Positions 16,864 to 28,185 are shown, counted from the stretch's first letter. The stretch: DNA of 42,265 nucleotides from Nitrososphaeraceae archaeon (GCA_036258455.1 DATADQ010000159.1:1-42265); one strand, 5' to 3'. The notes: generated by a model from the sequence alone, not told the origin. A program made the numbers and translations.

Positions 16864-18360
16864 TTATGGTTTAGAATTTGATTTGATTATTATACGATAT
16901 ATTGCATTTGTTAAGTTTTCTTTTGTGGAATCAATACTCTTTTTCTTCTTCTGTGCATCGCTCATGTATTTTTCCAATTGCAACTTGTGTATTTTTATGA
17001 CTTTGATCTGTTGCTTTGGATCTATTGAACCTTCAGAGCGCCGAGCCTTTATCGACCTTTGAGGGTGAGTTCCTTTTACTATCTGCATTAGTTTATCCGG
17101 ATCTATGCTTACCTTCATCTTTTCTAAAATTTCTTTAATATCTGTACCAGATAATGATTTGAAAGGTATCTTATCTTTGTTACTTACTGATTTATTAACA
17201 AGTGCTCCAACTAATTTGTGAGCAATTCTGAAAGGTATGTTGTATTTCATAACTAGCACTTCAGCTATATCTAGGGATATTGCATAACTGGTATTTGATG
17301 CTCTGCTCATGATATCTTTTTTTACTGTTAGAGAAGCAATAATATCATTTACTATCTCTAATGACAACGCTACTATATCAATTGAATTCCAAAATGGAAT
17401 CTTGGTATCCTGCAAATCCCTGCTGTAACCGGAAGGCAGGGACTTGAGAATTGTCATAATGCTTGTGAGGTTTCCAATTACAAGTGCAGTTTTTGATCTT
17501 ATCATTTCCAGTGGATCGGGATTTTTCTTTTGTGGCATGGCGCTAGAAGTCGAACCATGTTTGTCATGTATTTCTATGAATCCAAATTCCTGTGAAGACC
17601 AAATTATTATGTCCTCGGCAATTCTGCTTAGTGTTATCATTATGGAAGACATATCCGAAAGAAATTCAATCATGAAATCTCTTGATGAGGTTGCATCTAT
17701 CGTATTTGATAATATATTATCAAAGCCCAAGAGTCTTGCCGTCATCTTTCTATCAAGTGGTAAAAGCGATCCCCCAATAGGACCAGCGCCCAGAGGAGAT
17801 TGATTAATCCTTTTATATAATGAAAACAATCTGTCAATTTCTCGTATCAGGCTTTCGGAGTATGACAGCAAATAGTGGGCAAAGTTTCCTATCTGTGCTT
17901 GCTGCAGATGGGTGTAAAGAGGCATTATTGAGTTCAAATTGTCTTCAGACTTTTGTAATAGTCCTCTAACCAGATTAATCAGATGAAATATAATACTAAT
18001 TAGATCATCTCTAGCTTTGATTCTAATGTCTGTTATTACCTGATCGTTTCTTGATCTTCCGGTCTGAACTTTACCTCCAACATTACCTCCAATTTTTGCA
18101 ATTAGGTTCGCTTCAAGAGCTTCATGGATATCTTCAAATCCTTCTTTCATCAGTTTTTCTGGATGAAGCAAAATACGGTCCAGCTCATTGACAATACTTG
18201 CAACTTCATCCTTATTCAACAATCGAATCTCATAAAGCATTATCACATGAGCTTTGGTACACAAGATATCATAATGGAGAATTTTATTATCTATGTCAAT
18301 TGATGACAGGAAATTCAGTGCACGTCTACTAAGATCTTCCTTGTGTCTTGATCTATACAT
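16864..18360 (-). CDS. argH: Argininosuccinate lyase
   Basis: EDIH, GRSRNDQ, YTHLQQAQ, SSAMPQKKNPD. Confidence 0.97.
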   Translation of the reverse strand: MYRSRHKEDLSRRALNFLSSIDIDNKILHYDILCTKAHVIMLYEIRLLNKDEVASIVNELDRILLHPEKLMKEGFEDIHEALEANLIAKIGGNVGGKVQTGRSRNDQVITDIRIKARDDLISIIFHLINLVRGLLQKSEDNLNSIMPLYTHLQQAQIGNFAHYLLSYSESLIREIDRLFSLYKRINQSPLGAGPIGGSLLPLDRKMTARLLGFDNILSNTIDATSSRDFMIEFLSDMSSIMITLSRIAEDIIIWSSQEFGFIEIHDKHGSTSSAMPQKKNPDPLEMIRSKTALVIGNLTSIMTILKSLPSGYSRDLQDTKIPFWNSIDIVALSLEIVNDIIASLTVKKDIMSRASNTSYAISLDIAEVLVMKYNIPFRIAHKLVGALVNKSVSNKDKIPFKSLSGTDIKEILEKMKVSIDPDKLMQIVKGTHPQRSIKARRSEGSIDPKQQIKVIKIHKLQLEKYMSDAQKKKKSIDSTKENLTNAIYRIIIKSNSKP

Positions 18361-18489
18361 GATGAAAACAAACTACTGCTAGACTTATTTATTGATATTT
18401 ATGGGACTGAGAATTTTTCATTGCCACTAAATATTATTCGAGATGATAAAAATCAATAGTTATATAGTATAAAAATAAATTCAATACAT

Positions 18490-18807
18490 ATGAGTCAGGA
18501 AATTCAACAATTACGAAAGTCAATATTTGATGAACTCACAAAGATTGTAGATCCAGAAATCGGAGTTTCCATTATGGAGCTAGAACTAATCGATAAAGTA
18601 GATATCGACAAAGGAAAAGTAAAAATAGACTTACACCTGACAAGCCCGTTCTGTCCTGCAATATTTGGTTTTAAAATTGCTCAAGATATAAGAGATAATG
18701 TCTACAAGATCCAGGGTGTCACAGAAACTAAAGTGAATGTAAGCAATCACTTTATGGCAGATGCAATAAACAAGCAGGTAAATGAAAGTAAATTGCCATC
18801 AAAATAG
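18490..18807 (+). CDS. Fe-S cluster assembly protein (DUF59/SufT/MIP18 family)
   Basis: IVDPEIGVSIMELELI and LTSPFCP motifs. Confidence 0.9.
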   Translation: MSQEIQQLRKSIFDELTKIVDPEIGVSIMELELIDKVDIDKGKVKIDLHLTSPFCPAIFGFKIAQDIRDNVYKIQGVTETKVNVSNHFMADAINKQVNESKLPSK

Positions 18808-18830
18808 GCCAACCGAATTAAAAATCTAAA

Positions 18831-19640
18831 CTAACTGGTACCACTGTTGTTTTCTTTGTCAGTGTTAATTTCAATTTTTTTTGCTAGTTGTTTATTACTT
18901 TTAGATATGCCCAACATGTAGGATCTTAATAGCTGTATTCCCAGGGCTGGGTCTACTCCTTTAGGACATACTTTGCTGCAGGAACCTGCAAAATGACATC
19001 TCCATATCCCATGTCTGTCATCTACAATATCCAATCTGTTCGTTGATTCATCCCGTGTGTCAGCAAAATACCTGTATAATTGCGCCAGCGCCTGAGGACC
19101 TGGAAATCTCAAATCCGTACCAACAGTAGGACATGCAGAATAACACAATCCGCACTTTATACAGTATGAGAATTGAAGATATTTGTCTACATCTTCGGGT
19201 GATTGGTAAAAAGAGAATGTCTTTTTTTGAGTATCTGTTTCAACATTTTGTTTGCTCTGCACGTAAGGCTGCATGTTTTTGTGATGATTAAAGAAAAGGG
19301 AAAAGTCTGTAACGAGGTCTCTTATTATCGGGAAGTTTGCCAAAGGTTCGCATTCAATAGTTGATGTTTCCAATTCAGAGATTTTTGTGTAACAGGCCAG
19401 TCTAGGAATGCCGTTTATTTTCATTCCACACGAACCACAGGATGCCATCCTGCAAGAGTATCTAATGGCAACGCTCGGATCGATGTAACTCTTTACATAC
19501 AATAAAGCGTCCAAGACAGTAGTCCATCTTCTGTACGGAACTTCAAAACTGTCATGATGGGATCCTGTTTTCTGCCCTCTGTTTTCTCGATAAACTTTTA
19601 ATGTTATCTTGTCTTCATTTTTATTGTCAGTGTTATTCAA
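18831..19640 (-). CDS. sdhB: Succinate dehydrogenase iron-sulfur subunit
   Basis: SCRMASCGSC, CIKCGLCYSACP, CHFAGSCSKVCP. Confidence 0.97.
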   Translation of the reverse strand: MNNTDNKNEDKITLKVYRENRGQKTGSHHDSFEVPYRRWTTVLDALLYVKSYIDPSVAIRYSCRMASCGSCGMKINGIPRLACYTKISELETSTIECEPLANFPIIRDLVTDFSLFFNHHKNMQPYVQSKQNVETDTQKKTFSFYQSPEDVDKYLQFSYCIKCGLCYSACPTVGTDLRFPGPQALAQLYRYFADTRDESTNRLDIVDDRHGIWRCHFAGSCSKVCPKGVDPALGIQLLRSYMLGISKSNKQLAKKIEINTDKENNSGTS

Positions 19641-19649
19641 TAACCAAAA

Positions 19650-20006
19650 TCACAATCCATTTGCCAATATTATTGTTCTGGTGCCATAAGCGATAAGTGC
19701 AATCATCGCAGAAATAGTGACAACTGTAATCATATTTTCCCAGGCCTTACTCTGTCTTAATTCCAGCAATATTATTCTTATCCCATTGAACCCGTGAACG
19801 GAAATTAATACAAGGATTGATTCTAGAATTAAAACATAAAAAATATTCTTGTAATTTGAAATGATGTAATCATATTCAAGGCTCAAATCAAACGGAACTA
19901 TCAACCTCATCAGTATATGAACAGCAACAACAAATATTGCAGCAATACCGGTAATGTAATGAATTTTCATTATCTGACTTTCTTTTAGCATTCTATGACT
20001 TTCCAT
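19650..20006 (-). CDS. sdhD: Succinate dehydrogenase membrane anchor subunit
   Basis: Three TM helices, VAVH and VHGFNGIR His motifs; start moved to MESHR to avoid overlap with sdhC. Confidence 0.88.
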   Translation of the reverse strand: MESHRMLKESQIMKIHYITGIAAIFVVAVHILMRLIVPFDLSLEYDYIISNYKNIFYVLILESILVLISVHGFNGIRIILLELRQSKAWENMITVVTISAMIALIAYGTRTIILANGL

Positions 20007-20008
20007 GA

Positions 20009-20455
20009 TTACTCCCCGAACAAAATATTGAATCCGTAGAACATTGCGGCAGCGGACAATATCAATGCAATCCATATGCCAGATTTTTGTCTGTAATTCA
20101 ATGATGAAGGACTGTAAGGATAATCAGGTCTACCGGGCGTTCCCAATCCGATACCTGAGTGAGTAAAGATTAGGCGAATACCATTTGCGGAATGAAATGT
20201 AGATGCACCTATTACCATAATCAGGAATAGATGTCCCCAAACTGTTTGAGTTAGTTCCAAAAATGATTCCCATGCACTCTGGCCATTAACTATAGTACTT
20301 GTCTCATACACATGTCCAATGAAATAGATAAGAAGAAAAACTCCTGTTAACCTCTGAAACCAGTAGGAAACACGCTCCCATCCATATCTTGACGGATTAA
20401 GCCATCCCTTTATTCCTTCTAAATTATTGCGACTTGGGTGTTCTATCTCTTTCAT
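20009..20455 (-). CDS. sdhC: Succinate dehydrogenase cytochrome b subunit
   Basis: QRLTG, FIGH, FHSANGIR; ATG at 20455 overlaps the sdhA stop. Confidence 0.9.
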   Translation of the reverse strand: MKEIEHPSRNNLEGIKGWLNPSRYGWERVSYWFQRLTGVFLLIYFIGHVYETSTIVNGQSAWESFLELTQTVWGHLFLIMVIGASTFHSANGIRLIFTHSGIGLGTPGRPDYPYSPSSLNYRQKSGIWIALILSAAAMFYGFNILFGE

Positions 20456-22176
20456 CAGTATTTTCTCTCTGCTGGTACATACCTTGTTAACGTAACAGGA
20501 TGCCATGAAAGATGAGGTTCATCATCTTCCTTAAAGTATGCCAAAGTGTGTTTTAGGAAATTAATATCATCTCTATTGGGATAGTCAGTCCTGTAGTGCG
20601 CTCCCCTTGATTCTCGCCTGTTCAAGGCACCAACAATTATTATTTCTCCTATTCTCAATAATGAATCTATCTCCATTACATTTATGAAATTTGTGTTATA
20701 TTCTTTTGCGCTATCATCTACATGCTTCCATGATGATTTGTAGAGTTCTCTAACTTTTTTTAATCCTTCAATTAGATCATTTTCATTCCTAAAAATATAT
20801 GCATTAACGTCCATCAAGTCTGTAAACTCCTTTCTAATGTCGTAGGGATTTACCTGACCCCTTCCTCTGAAAATCCCATCAAAAATTCTCTTTTCTTCTG
20901 ACTGAATTTTATACTCTGCAATGATAATGGCCCTGTCTTTTTTCTTTTCGGCATAATCAGCCGCTAGTCTTCCTGTTATACTTCCCCACAGTAAACATTC
21001 AGACGTAGAATTTGCTCCAAGTCGATTTGCTCCATGAAGACCGTTACATGCTGCCTCACCGGCTGACCATAACCCATTCATCTCCGTTTGTCCATCAATA
21101 TTAGTATGTATTCCACCCATCATATAATGACATACTGGCCTTATTTCTATCGGCTCACTTATTATGTCAACACCTGAGAATTTGATACCTATCTCTCTGA
21201 TTCCGCCTAATCGTTCTTTTATATGTTCTTCTCCTAGGTGTGTGAGATCTAATTTAAGACAGTCAACACCAGTTTCGTGTTTAAAGCCCCTGCCGTTTTC
21301 AATTTCTTTTATCATAGATCTGGAAACTACGTCACGGGGAGCCAGTTCTAATTTTTCTGGAGCATAGTTTTTCATGAACCTTTCCTCCAAGTTATTAATC
21401 AGATAACCGCCTTCTCCTCTGGCACCTTCTGTTATAAGAATACCTGATGGAAGAATTCCGGTGGGGTGGAATTGAACAAATTCCATGTCCTTTATAGCAA
21501 GACCGGATCTGTAGGCCATATCTAGACCGTCTGGAGTAGAAGAGTACCCGTAGGTTGAAAAACTATAAAGCCTGCCAGCTCCGCCGGTGGCGATAATGCC
21601 TGAATTAGATTTGAATATTACAAGGTTTCCACTTTTCATCTCTATTGTAGTAACACCAGCAAAGTTATTGTTCCCATCATCTAGTATTGATGTGCAAAAC
21701 CATTCATTATAAAATTGGATGTTATCATATTTTAGACATGTGTCATATAGTGTTTGCATTTCGTAGAATCCTACTTTATCCTGTGCATAGGTTGCTCTCG
21801 GGAAAGAGTATCCTCCAAATTTCCTCTGGTCAATTCTACCGTCCTCCCTTCTGGACCAGGGCATTCCCCACCTGTCTAATTGATATATTTCATTGGGTAT
21901 TTCATGCGCTAGTTTTTCAGCAACATCCTGATCGCATAGGAAATCACTACCTCTGATGGTATCATAGATATGGGATTCGATATTGTCTCCCTCATCAGAA
22001 AACAGTACTGCTGCAGTTCCACCTTCCGCAGAAACGGAGTGTGAGCGCATAACCTGGACCTTTGAAATTACTCCAATACTCAGTTTCTCATTTCTCATTG
22101 CACATGAGATAGCAGCACGCAATCCTGCCAGCCCTGTGCCGATAATAAGTACGTCATGCGAAATGTGATCTGTCAA
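20455..22176 (-). CDS. sdhA: Succinate dehydrogenase flavoprotein subunit
   Basis: GTGLAG, RSHSVSAEGG (FAD-His), QFHPT, LAPRD, HYMMGG, HGANRLG. Confidence 0.98.
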   Translation of the reverse strand: MTDHISHDVLIIGTGLAGLRAAISCAMRNEKLSIGVISKVQVMRSHSVSAEGGTAAVLFSDEGDNIESHIYDTIRGSDFLCDQDVAEKLAHEIPNEIYQLDRWGMPWSRREDGRIDQRKFGGYSFPRATYAQDKVGFYEMQTLYDTCLKYDNIQFYNEWFCTSILDDGNNNFAGVTTIEMKSGNLVIFKSNSGIIATGGAGRLYSFSTYGYSSTPDGLDMAYRSGLAIKDMEFVQFHPTGILPSGILITEGARGEGGYLINNLEERFMKNYAPEKLELAPRDVVSRSMIKEIENGRGFKHETGVDCLKLDLTHLGEEHIKERLGGIREIGIKFSGVDIISEPIEIRPVCHYMMGGIHTNIDGQTEMNGLWSAGEAACNGLHGANRLGANSTSECLLWGSITGRLAADYAEKKKDRAIIIAEYKIQSEEKRIFDGIFRGRGQVNPYDIRKEFTDLMDVNAYIFRNENDLIEGLKKVRELYKSSWKHVDDSAKEYNTNFINVMEIDSLLRIGEIIIVGALNRRESRGAHYRTDYPNRDDINFLKHTLAYFKEDDEPHLSWHPVTLTRYVPAERKY

Positions 22177-22327
22177 ATAATTATTGCAACCTCAACCATT
22201 ATCCTTTACGTTGACGTCTGTATCTAGTAATAAATATATTATTCTTTTTTTGTCGGGATAAAAAATGGAGCCACAGTCCGTAAAAGAAGACACAGTTTAA
22301 TTGTGAGAAATTATTTTTCCATACCAG

Positions 22328-22585
22328 ATGAGCCTGAACTGTACTGGGAAGGTATTATTGACAACCAATACTTCAGATGATGGGATTGGAGTAGCTGCAA
22401 AAAAGAAATTGGTAGAAAATGGAGTAGATGAATCGCAGATAATGTTAGGGAACGACATTCAAATGCTTGAAAAAGATGATCTCTATGTTAGCTATGAACC
22501 ACCAGATTTAGTCGTTAGAATTGTTTATGATAAAAAAGAAAATGGGATGATAAAGATGAAGAACATCAAGATGATTAAAATTTAA
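22328..22585 (+). CDS. Hypothetical protein
   Basis: 85-aa ORF filling the intergenic gap. Confidence 0.65.
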   Translation: MSLNCTGKVLLTTNTSDDGIGVAAKKKLVENGVDESQIMLGNDIQMLEKDDLYVSYEPPDLVVRIVYDKKENGMIKMKNIKMIKI

Positions 22586-22616
22586 AGCCAAAAAAATTAC
22601 TAAATAAAAAGATTAA

Positions 22617-23891
22617 TCAAACCAGAGTAATTATTTGTTCTAGATATTTTCCGATTTCGGTAATACTTTGTTTTTGTTCTTTTACACCTGTTTTAATGGT
22701 AACAGTACCTTTTTTGAATTGATCAAGGCTTACAATTATGATTGCCAATGCATTCTTCAAAGAAGCTTCATGAAACTGTTTGTTGATGGATCTGCCGTTT
22801 ATATCATAATCAGCAGAATATCCAAGATTTCTTAGAATTGAAACTACTTCTAAAGCATGTGTCTTTTCCTGTTTGGAACCGTATGCAACGTAAATTAGCG
22901 GCTTTTGTGAAAACTTTCTTGATTTGTCCTTAATAGCATTTAGTATCCTCTCTACCCCACCAGCAGCACCGGTCGCATACAAATCTTTTCTTCCAAATGC
23001 CTCTGTCAGCTTATTATATCTGCCACCGCCAACCAATGATCCTATTAGTGAAGATGGTTCTTTTGCTTCAAATACTATGCCAGAATAATAATCGAGGCCT
23101 CGTACTACCCTGAAGTCTACTATTACGTTTTTTACCTGTCTTGATTTTAGCGAATCAATCAAGTCAAGGAGAGTGTTTGACGATTCAAACTCTCTAACTT
23201 TGTCATTCTCCAAAATCTTTTCAGGTGGGCCATTAAAGGATACAAATTGAATAAATTTTTGCAAACTATTGGAGTCCAGCTTTTCCTTATATTCATTGAT
23301 AATTTGCTCTGAACTTTTTTTGGATAACTTGTCAATTGCCCTCATCATTTCACTTACATCCAAATTGTCTGTAATTCCAAGATATTTGTATAGATATTCT
23401 TCTAATATTGACCTGTGATTTATCGCTATAACAAAATCGATTCCCAGTTTTCTCAAAAAAAATGAAACGAATTCTATAACTTCTGCATCAGCATCTACAT
23501 CTTGGGAGCCAAATATCTCGATATCCCATTGATGGAAATATCTATACCTTCCCAGTTGTGGTTCGTCATATCGCCATACTCCTCCAAATGATGATAATTT
23601 TACTGGAAGTTTAAGATCTCTACGCATAGAAACAAATCTTGATAGTCCGATAGTCAGATCAAAGCGTAGTGCTACGTCTCTGCCTCCCTTGTCAGTAAAA
23701 CTGTATGTTTCTTCAATTATTGATGGGCCACTTTTTGCTTCAAGGGTTGATAATAATTCCAATGTTGATGGTTCGATTTGAATAAAATCAAAGATTCCTG
23801 CGGTTTCTACAAATTTATCTCTGATAAAAGAAATATTTCTTAATTCTTCATATTGCAAATCCTTCATTCCTCGCGGAAGGTCTAACTTCAC
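22617..23891 (-). CDS. hisS: Histidyl-tRNA synthetase
   Basis: LPRGMKD, LRFDLT, WRYDEPQLGRYRYFHQ, VRGLDYYSG, GGGRY; C-terminal anticodon-binding domain present. Confidence 0.96.
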   Translation of the reverse strand: MKLDLPRGMKDLQYEELRNISFIRDKFVETAGIFDFIQIEPSTLELLSTLEAKSGPSIIEETYSFTDKGGRDVALRFDLTIGLSRFVSMRRDLKLPVKLSSFGGVWRYDEPQLGRYRYFHQWDIEIFGSQDVDADAEVIEFVSFFLRKLGIDFVIAINHRSILEEYLYKYLGITDNLDVSEMMRAIDKLSKKSSEQIINEYKEKLDSNSLQKFIQFVSFNGPPEKILENDKVREFESSNTLLDLIDSLKSRQVKNVIVDFRVVRGLDYYSGIVFEAKEPSSLIGSLVGGGRYNKLTEAFGRKDLYATGAAGGVERILNAIKDKSRKFSQKPLIYVAYGSKQEKTHALEVVSILRNLGYSADYDINGRSINKQFHEASLKNALAIIIVSLDQFKKGTVTIKTGVKEQKQSITEIGKYLEQIITLV

Positions 23892-23964
23892 AATCTTGAG
23901 GATCGTGTGTCATCATTTAGATTTTGCGATTAGTTATATTAAACCAGGACAAAAACAAAGATTA

Positions 23965-24393
23965 TTGTCCGGGGGTTTTAGATATCTTGAGCACATTACA
24001 GATGCACAAATCGAGGCGTATGGTGACAGTATCGAAGAAGCCTTTTCCTACGCAGCCAAAGGTACTATTAATGTTATGTTTGAAATCAAAGATATTCAAG
24101 GGACAAGCAAGGTTGATTTTCTGGTGGAGGGAGTAGATTATTCCGAATTATTGTTTAACTGGTTAGAAAGAATCCTTCTACTTATCACAATAGATAATAA
24201 AGTAATGTCGAGTTTTGAATTAAAGATCTCTAAATTGGATTCCAAATATCAACTAACAGGATGGGGGATGGCTGAATCAATAAGCATCTCAAAACACTGT
24301 TACAAGACTGAAATAAAGGGTATAACCTACCATGAAATGGAAATTCTACAGGAAGACGGTCAGTACAAAGTCAAATTCATACTTGATTTATGA
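23965..24393 (+). CDS. Archease (RtcB tRNA-ligase cofactor)
   Basis: FRYLEHITD, EIKGITYHEM, C-terminal ILDL; TTG at 23965 preferred over 23896. Confidence 0.92.
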   Translation: MSGGFRYLEHITDAQIEAYGDSIEEAFSYAAKGTINVMFEIKDIQGTSKVDFLVEGVDYSELLFNWLERILLLITIDNKVMSSFELKISKLDSKYQLTGWGMAESISISKHCYKTEIKGITYHEMEILQEDGQYKVKFILDL

Positions 24394-24678
24394 CAAGACT
24401 AAAACTAGACCGGTCTATACAAGGCAGAAGAAAACAAAGATGAGAAAATAAATCAATTACAGAAGATAGAATGATCTTTATTCATGTTAGTTTAGTTGTT
24501 AGTTTAATCAACTTTTGATTTTTTGTGTTAAGATAAAATCCAATTGCGCAGGTTGCAAAATTCGAGGAATCTTAATTTATATCTTCAGATCCAGACAAAC
24601 AATCGTAATTCTTTTTTACTTTTCAATAATTATTGGATTACAAGATTTAAATATCAATTCTGATGATAAATTGTAACA

Positions 24679-25017
24679 ATGAGTTCAAATTCCAACAAAC
24701 CTACACTAGTTGAATTGTCAGAAAAAAACTTTGACGAAATTATTGGCGGTAATAAACCAGTTCTAGTTGATTTTTGGGCAACATGGTGCGGACCATGTCA
24801 GTTCATGCTTCCAATTTTTGACAAGCTTGCAAAAAAGTATGAAGAAAAAGTTATTTTTGGTAGATTAAATGTTGATGATAATCAAGGAGTCGCAATGAGA
24901 TTTGATGTGTATGCAATTCCTACATTCATTGTATTTATGAATGGAAAACTAGTTGAAAAAGCAGTAGGAGCTGTTGGTGAAAAGGGACTAGAAGGTTTAT
25001 TGGAAAAGTACCAATAA
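24679..25017 (+). CDS. trxA: Thioredoxin
   Basis: DFWATWCGPC, AIPT. Confidence 0.96.
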   Translation: MSSNSNKPTLVELSEKNFDEIIGGNKPVLVDFWATWCGPCQFMLPIFDKLAKKYEEKVIFGRLNVDDNQGVAMRFDVYAIPTFIVFMNGKLVEKAVGAVGEKGLEGLLEKYQ

Positions 25018-25076
25018 CGGAAATAATTTCAAGCCTCAACCAACTAAAATTCCTGAATTAATTTAAAATTCTTGTT

Positions 25077-26861
25077 TCATAGATACCCATATGCAGGATC
25101 TTTTTCACGTTTTTTAGACAAAATAAAATTAAATATTTCCTGTTCTTCTTCATTGAGCTTATCTGAAAATCTTTCAAGTAAGAGTCTTGCTTCCCTGCTA
25201 TTCAAATCTGTATAAAAATTGTCACCTTCATTTATCTGTCTACCAACTGTCGTTTCTTTTATGGAAAGAGCAACTTGGGTTCCTTTTTCGGCAACTTCCA
25301 AATTCTTACCCTCATTTTGTATTTGATGGATTATTCCTACTTTCTTTCCCTTTTCATTCATTACAGAAATTTTTTGCCTCAATTTACCAGTCAATATTTC
25401 AGCCCCAAATACGGCAGGATTATTCCTTCTAAAAACATAACCCCTCAAGAATTGAAATTTGCAAATCGGGGGTATCTCATTAAAAATAATTGAATCCTCA
25501 TGAACCTTTTCATAAGTTGTCCATTCAGAGTAACTCCTTACCAAATTATAAATTATTTTTTCGGTAAAAATTCTTATTTTTCTTTCAAATGCCTCCTTCT
25601 CTGCATCTTCAAGAACCTTTACATTGAATCCAAGTACCACGCCAAGGTAACGATCTTTCTCTCTTACAGCAGAGGCAGAAAGGATGTCTCTACGTGTAAT
25701 ACTGCCCAAATCAGCAGATCTGATTGGTATATTTTCCTTTTTCAAAAGTTCAGTAATAGCCTCAATTGATCCTATGGTATCGCATCTTAGAATTATCCCA
25801 TTTGATTCAGTCTGTATTATTGCTGACTTTATCTCAGATTCTACATTTGATTTTAGTCTTTTCTCATCCTCTGGATTATTGACAACATAGAGAGGACTTC
25901 CAGCAAGCACACCATCAAGATCAGGGGAAGTTATTTTTAATCCTGCAGCAGCAATAACCTTGTCAACATGTCTAAACTTGTCCCTTGGATCTCTCATTTC
26001 ATCCAAGGGTTTAGGGAGTAATAACGCCTTGATTTTAGTAGTGGTAACGCTATCTTTTTTGCCAACAACAATTCTATCCCCGTGTCTTAGAGTGCCGTCC
26101 AGAAGTATAATATTTGCCGATGGTCCTAATCCTATTTCATCATTAACTTCAAGAACGATACCCTTTGTATCAGTTTCATGTCGTTCCAATCTTTTAGACA
26201 TATATTGTTGAGTTAATCCTACAAGAACTGCTAGTAGCTCAGGTATACCGGTTCCTCTTATAGCACTTACCGGCACAATTGCCAGTTCCTTTGAAAAATC
26301 TTTGACACGCCAAAATGCCTCAGAAGCAAATCCTAATCGAGAAAGGGCGCCTACAACGTTGTAGACTTTTTCATCTAGATAGGACACAATTGTTGTGTCT
26401 TGCATTTTCAATTGTTCTGCGATCAGGATCGACGTGTTTTTCTTCCAACCAGAAATTTGATCTATCTTGTTGAGAGCAATGACAAAGGGGACTTTTCTAT
26501 TTTTTAATATATCTAGACTTTCAATTGTCTGGGCTTCAAGTCCTTTGTTAACATCAACAACAACTATTGCGATATCTGCAGCAGAACCCCCCCTCATACG
26601 TAAATTCGCAAAGACTTCATGACCTGGAGTGTCTATCACAAGGAGACCGGGAACTGGATTCTCTGACTTTGATAGTTTCTCAAATAATTTTCCTGTTATT
26701 TCTTTAATTGTTTCAATTGGGAAATTACTTGCACCAATATGTTGAGTTATTCCTCCGACTTCTCTGGATTGAACTGCTGTTCCTCGAATCTTGTCAAGTA
26801 AGGAGGTTTTACCAGAGTCTACATGACCCAATACAACTACAACTGGTTGGCGAAGTGTCAC
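25077..26861 (-). CDS. infB: Translation initiation factor aIF5B (IF-2)
   Basis: LRQPVVVVLGHVDSGKT, GGITQHIGA, DTPGH, NKID; no intein-sized insertion. Confidence 0.98.
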   Translation of the reverse strand: MTLRQPVVVVLGHVDSGKTSLLDKIRGTAVQSREVGGITQHIGASNFPIETIKEITGKLFEKLSKSENPVPGLLVIDTPGHEVFANLRMRGGSAADIAIVVVDVNKGLEAQTIESLDILKNRKVPFVIALNKIDQISGWKKNTSILIAEQLKMQDTTIVSYLDEKVYNVVGALSRLGFASEAFWRVKDFSKELAIVPVSAIRGTGIPELLAVLVGLTQQYMSKRLERHETDTKGIVLEVNDEIGLGPSANIILLDGTLRHGDRIVVGKKDSVTTTKIKALLLPKPLDEMRDPRDKFRHVDKVIAAAGLKITSPDLDGVLAGSPLYVVNNPEDEKRLKSNVESEIKSAIIQTESNGIILRCDTIGSIEAITELLKKENIPIRSADLGSITRRDILSASAVREKDRYLGVVLGFNVKVLEDAEKEAFERKIRIFTEKIIYNLVRSYSEWTTYEKVHEDSIIFNEIPPICKFQFLRGYVFRRNNPAVFGAEILTGKLRQKISVMNEKGKKVGIIHQIQNEGKNLEVAEKGTQVALSIKETTVGRQINEGDNFYTDLNSREARLLLERFSDKLNEEEQEIFNFILSKKREKDPAYGYL

Positions 26862-27269
26862 TTAATTAAAAATGATTTTAGACTCTTTTATGAAGCTTTC
26901 AGTGGAATCAGAGGCGTGAATTATGTTATCTGTGAATCCGATACCAAAATCGCCTCTAATAGTTCCTGGTAGAGCTTCTGTTGATTTTGTATTTCCAACC
27001 ATCAATCTTACTGTTGAAATCGCATTGTTTCCTTCTAAAATACATCCCACTGTTTTACCAGAACAGATGAATGAAACTAATTCGTCAAAAAAATGCTTGT
27101 CCTTATGCGCCACGTAGAATCTTCTTGCAGTATTGACATCAAATTGAAATAATTTAAGATTAACAATTTGAAAGCCTTTGTCTTCAAATCTGGAAATAAT
27201 TTTTCCAACAAGGCCCTTCTTAAAGCCATCAGGTTTTACGACTATAAGAGTTTGCTCCACATTAGACAT
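26862..27269 (-). CDS. ndk: Nucleoside diphosphate kinase
   Basis: KPDG, PGTIRGDFG, NIIHASDS. Confidence 0.97.
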   Translation of the reverse strand: MSNVEQTLIVVKPDGFKKGLVGKIISRFEDKGFQIVNLKLFQFDVNTARRFYVAHKDKHFFDELVSFICSGKTVGCILEGNNAISTVRLMVGNTKSTEALPGTIRGDFGIGFTDNIIHASDSTESFIKESKIIFN

Positions 27270-27278
27270 CTCTAATCC

Positions 27279-27494
27279 CTATTTTTTGACCTTGATACCG
27301 CCTTTAACATATTTTCGTGTCCATTTCAATTTTCTGGGGTCACGTCTTAACCTCAAGTTTTTCTTACATTTTGGGGAACATGTCCATTGAATAGATCCAT
27401 CGTTTTTTATCAACATCAATCCTTCGTCTGTATGAATATGTTTTCCACAAAAGAAACAATTACGTAGGGAAGCTGCTGCTTTGCTCAATTGCAA
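27279..27494 (-). CDS. rpl24e: 50S ribosomal protein eL24
   Basis: CFFCG...CSPKC...RDPRKLKWT. Confidence 0.95.
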   Translation of the reverse strand: MQLSKAAASLRNCFFCGKHIHTDEGLMLIKNDGSIQWTCSPKCKKNLRLRRDPRKLKWTRKYVKGGIKVKK

Positions 27495-27497
27495 TCA

Positions 27498-27713
27498 CTA
27501 TTTTATCTTTCTGGCCTCTCTTTCAGTTTCTCTTAACATCAAAATGTCTTCCATTCTAACGGACCCTTTAACATTTCTTGTAAGAATTCGACCTTTATCC
27601 TTCCCTTCTAGAACCTTTACTCTAACTTGGATTACTTCACCTGCTATACCTGTTCTTCCTACGATTTGGATAACTTCTGCTGGGGTTACCTTTACTTCTG
27701 CAGCTTTACTCAA
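27498..27713 (-). CDS. rps28e: 30S ribosomal protein eS28
   Basis: [28 protein letters not shown]. Confidence 0.96.
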   Translation of the reverse strand: MSKAAEVKVTPAEVIQIVGRTGIAGEVIQVRVKVLEGKDKGRILTRNVKGSVRMEDILMLRETEREARKIK

Positions 27714-27721
27714 TAGTGAAA

Positions 27722-28102
27722 TCACTCCTTCTTGTCTTTAATGCTGGATAGTGTTCCAATTACTTGGTCAATTATGTGTTGACCCTCTCCTGCATCTATT
27801 ATCGTTGCTGCGGCAGAGCCAACTTCAATTCCGAGAGATTCGCCTAATTGTTGCTTACTTGGAACAAAAATGTACGGAGTATTTCTCTCTTCACAAATAA
27901 TTGGAATATGTGCAACAACTTCTGGTGGTTGTACGTCCTCAGCTATTACTACCAATTTGCCAATTCCTCGTTCTATAGCCTTTGTAGTTTCGTTGGTTCC
28001 TTTTCTAACGCTTCCGCTTTGTTTTGCAACTCTAACGGCCTCATATACTGCATTTACAAGATCTTTTGGAGTTTCAAATTTTACATAAAACGGTTTACTC
28101 AT
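27722..28102 (-). CDS. rpl7ae: Ribosomal protein L7Ae (eL8)
   Basis: [26 protein letters not shown]. Confidence 0.97.
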   Translation of the reverse strand: MSKPFYVKFETPKDLVNAVYEAVRVAKQSGSVRKGTNETTKAIERGIGKLVVIAEDVQPPEVVAHIPIICEERNTPYIFVPSKQQLGESLGIEVGSAAATIIDAGEGQHIIDQVIGTLSSIKDKKE

Positions 28103-28185
28103 TTTAAAATCCATCACCCATTGGGATCATCTTTAATCTACTGAATACAAGTAGAGGCGTATTAAAAATGTTGCCGAGCAAATTA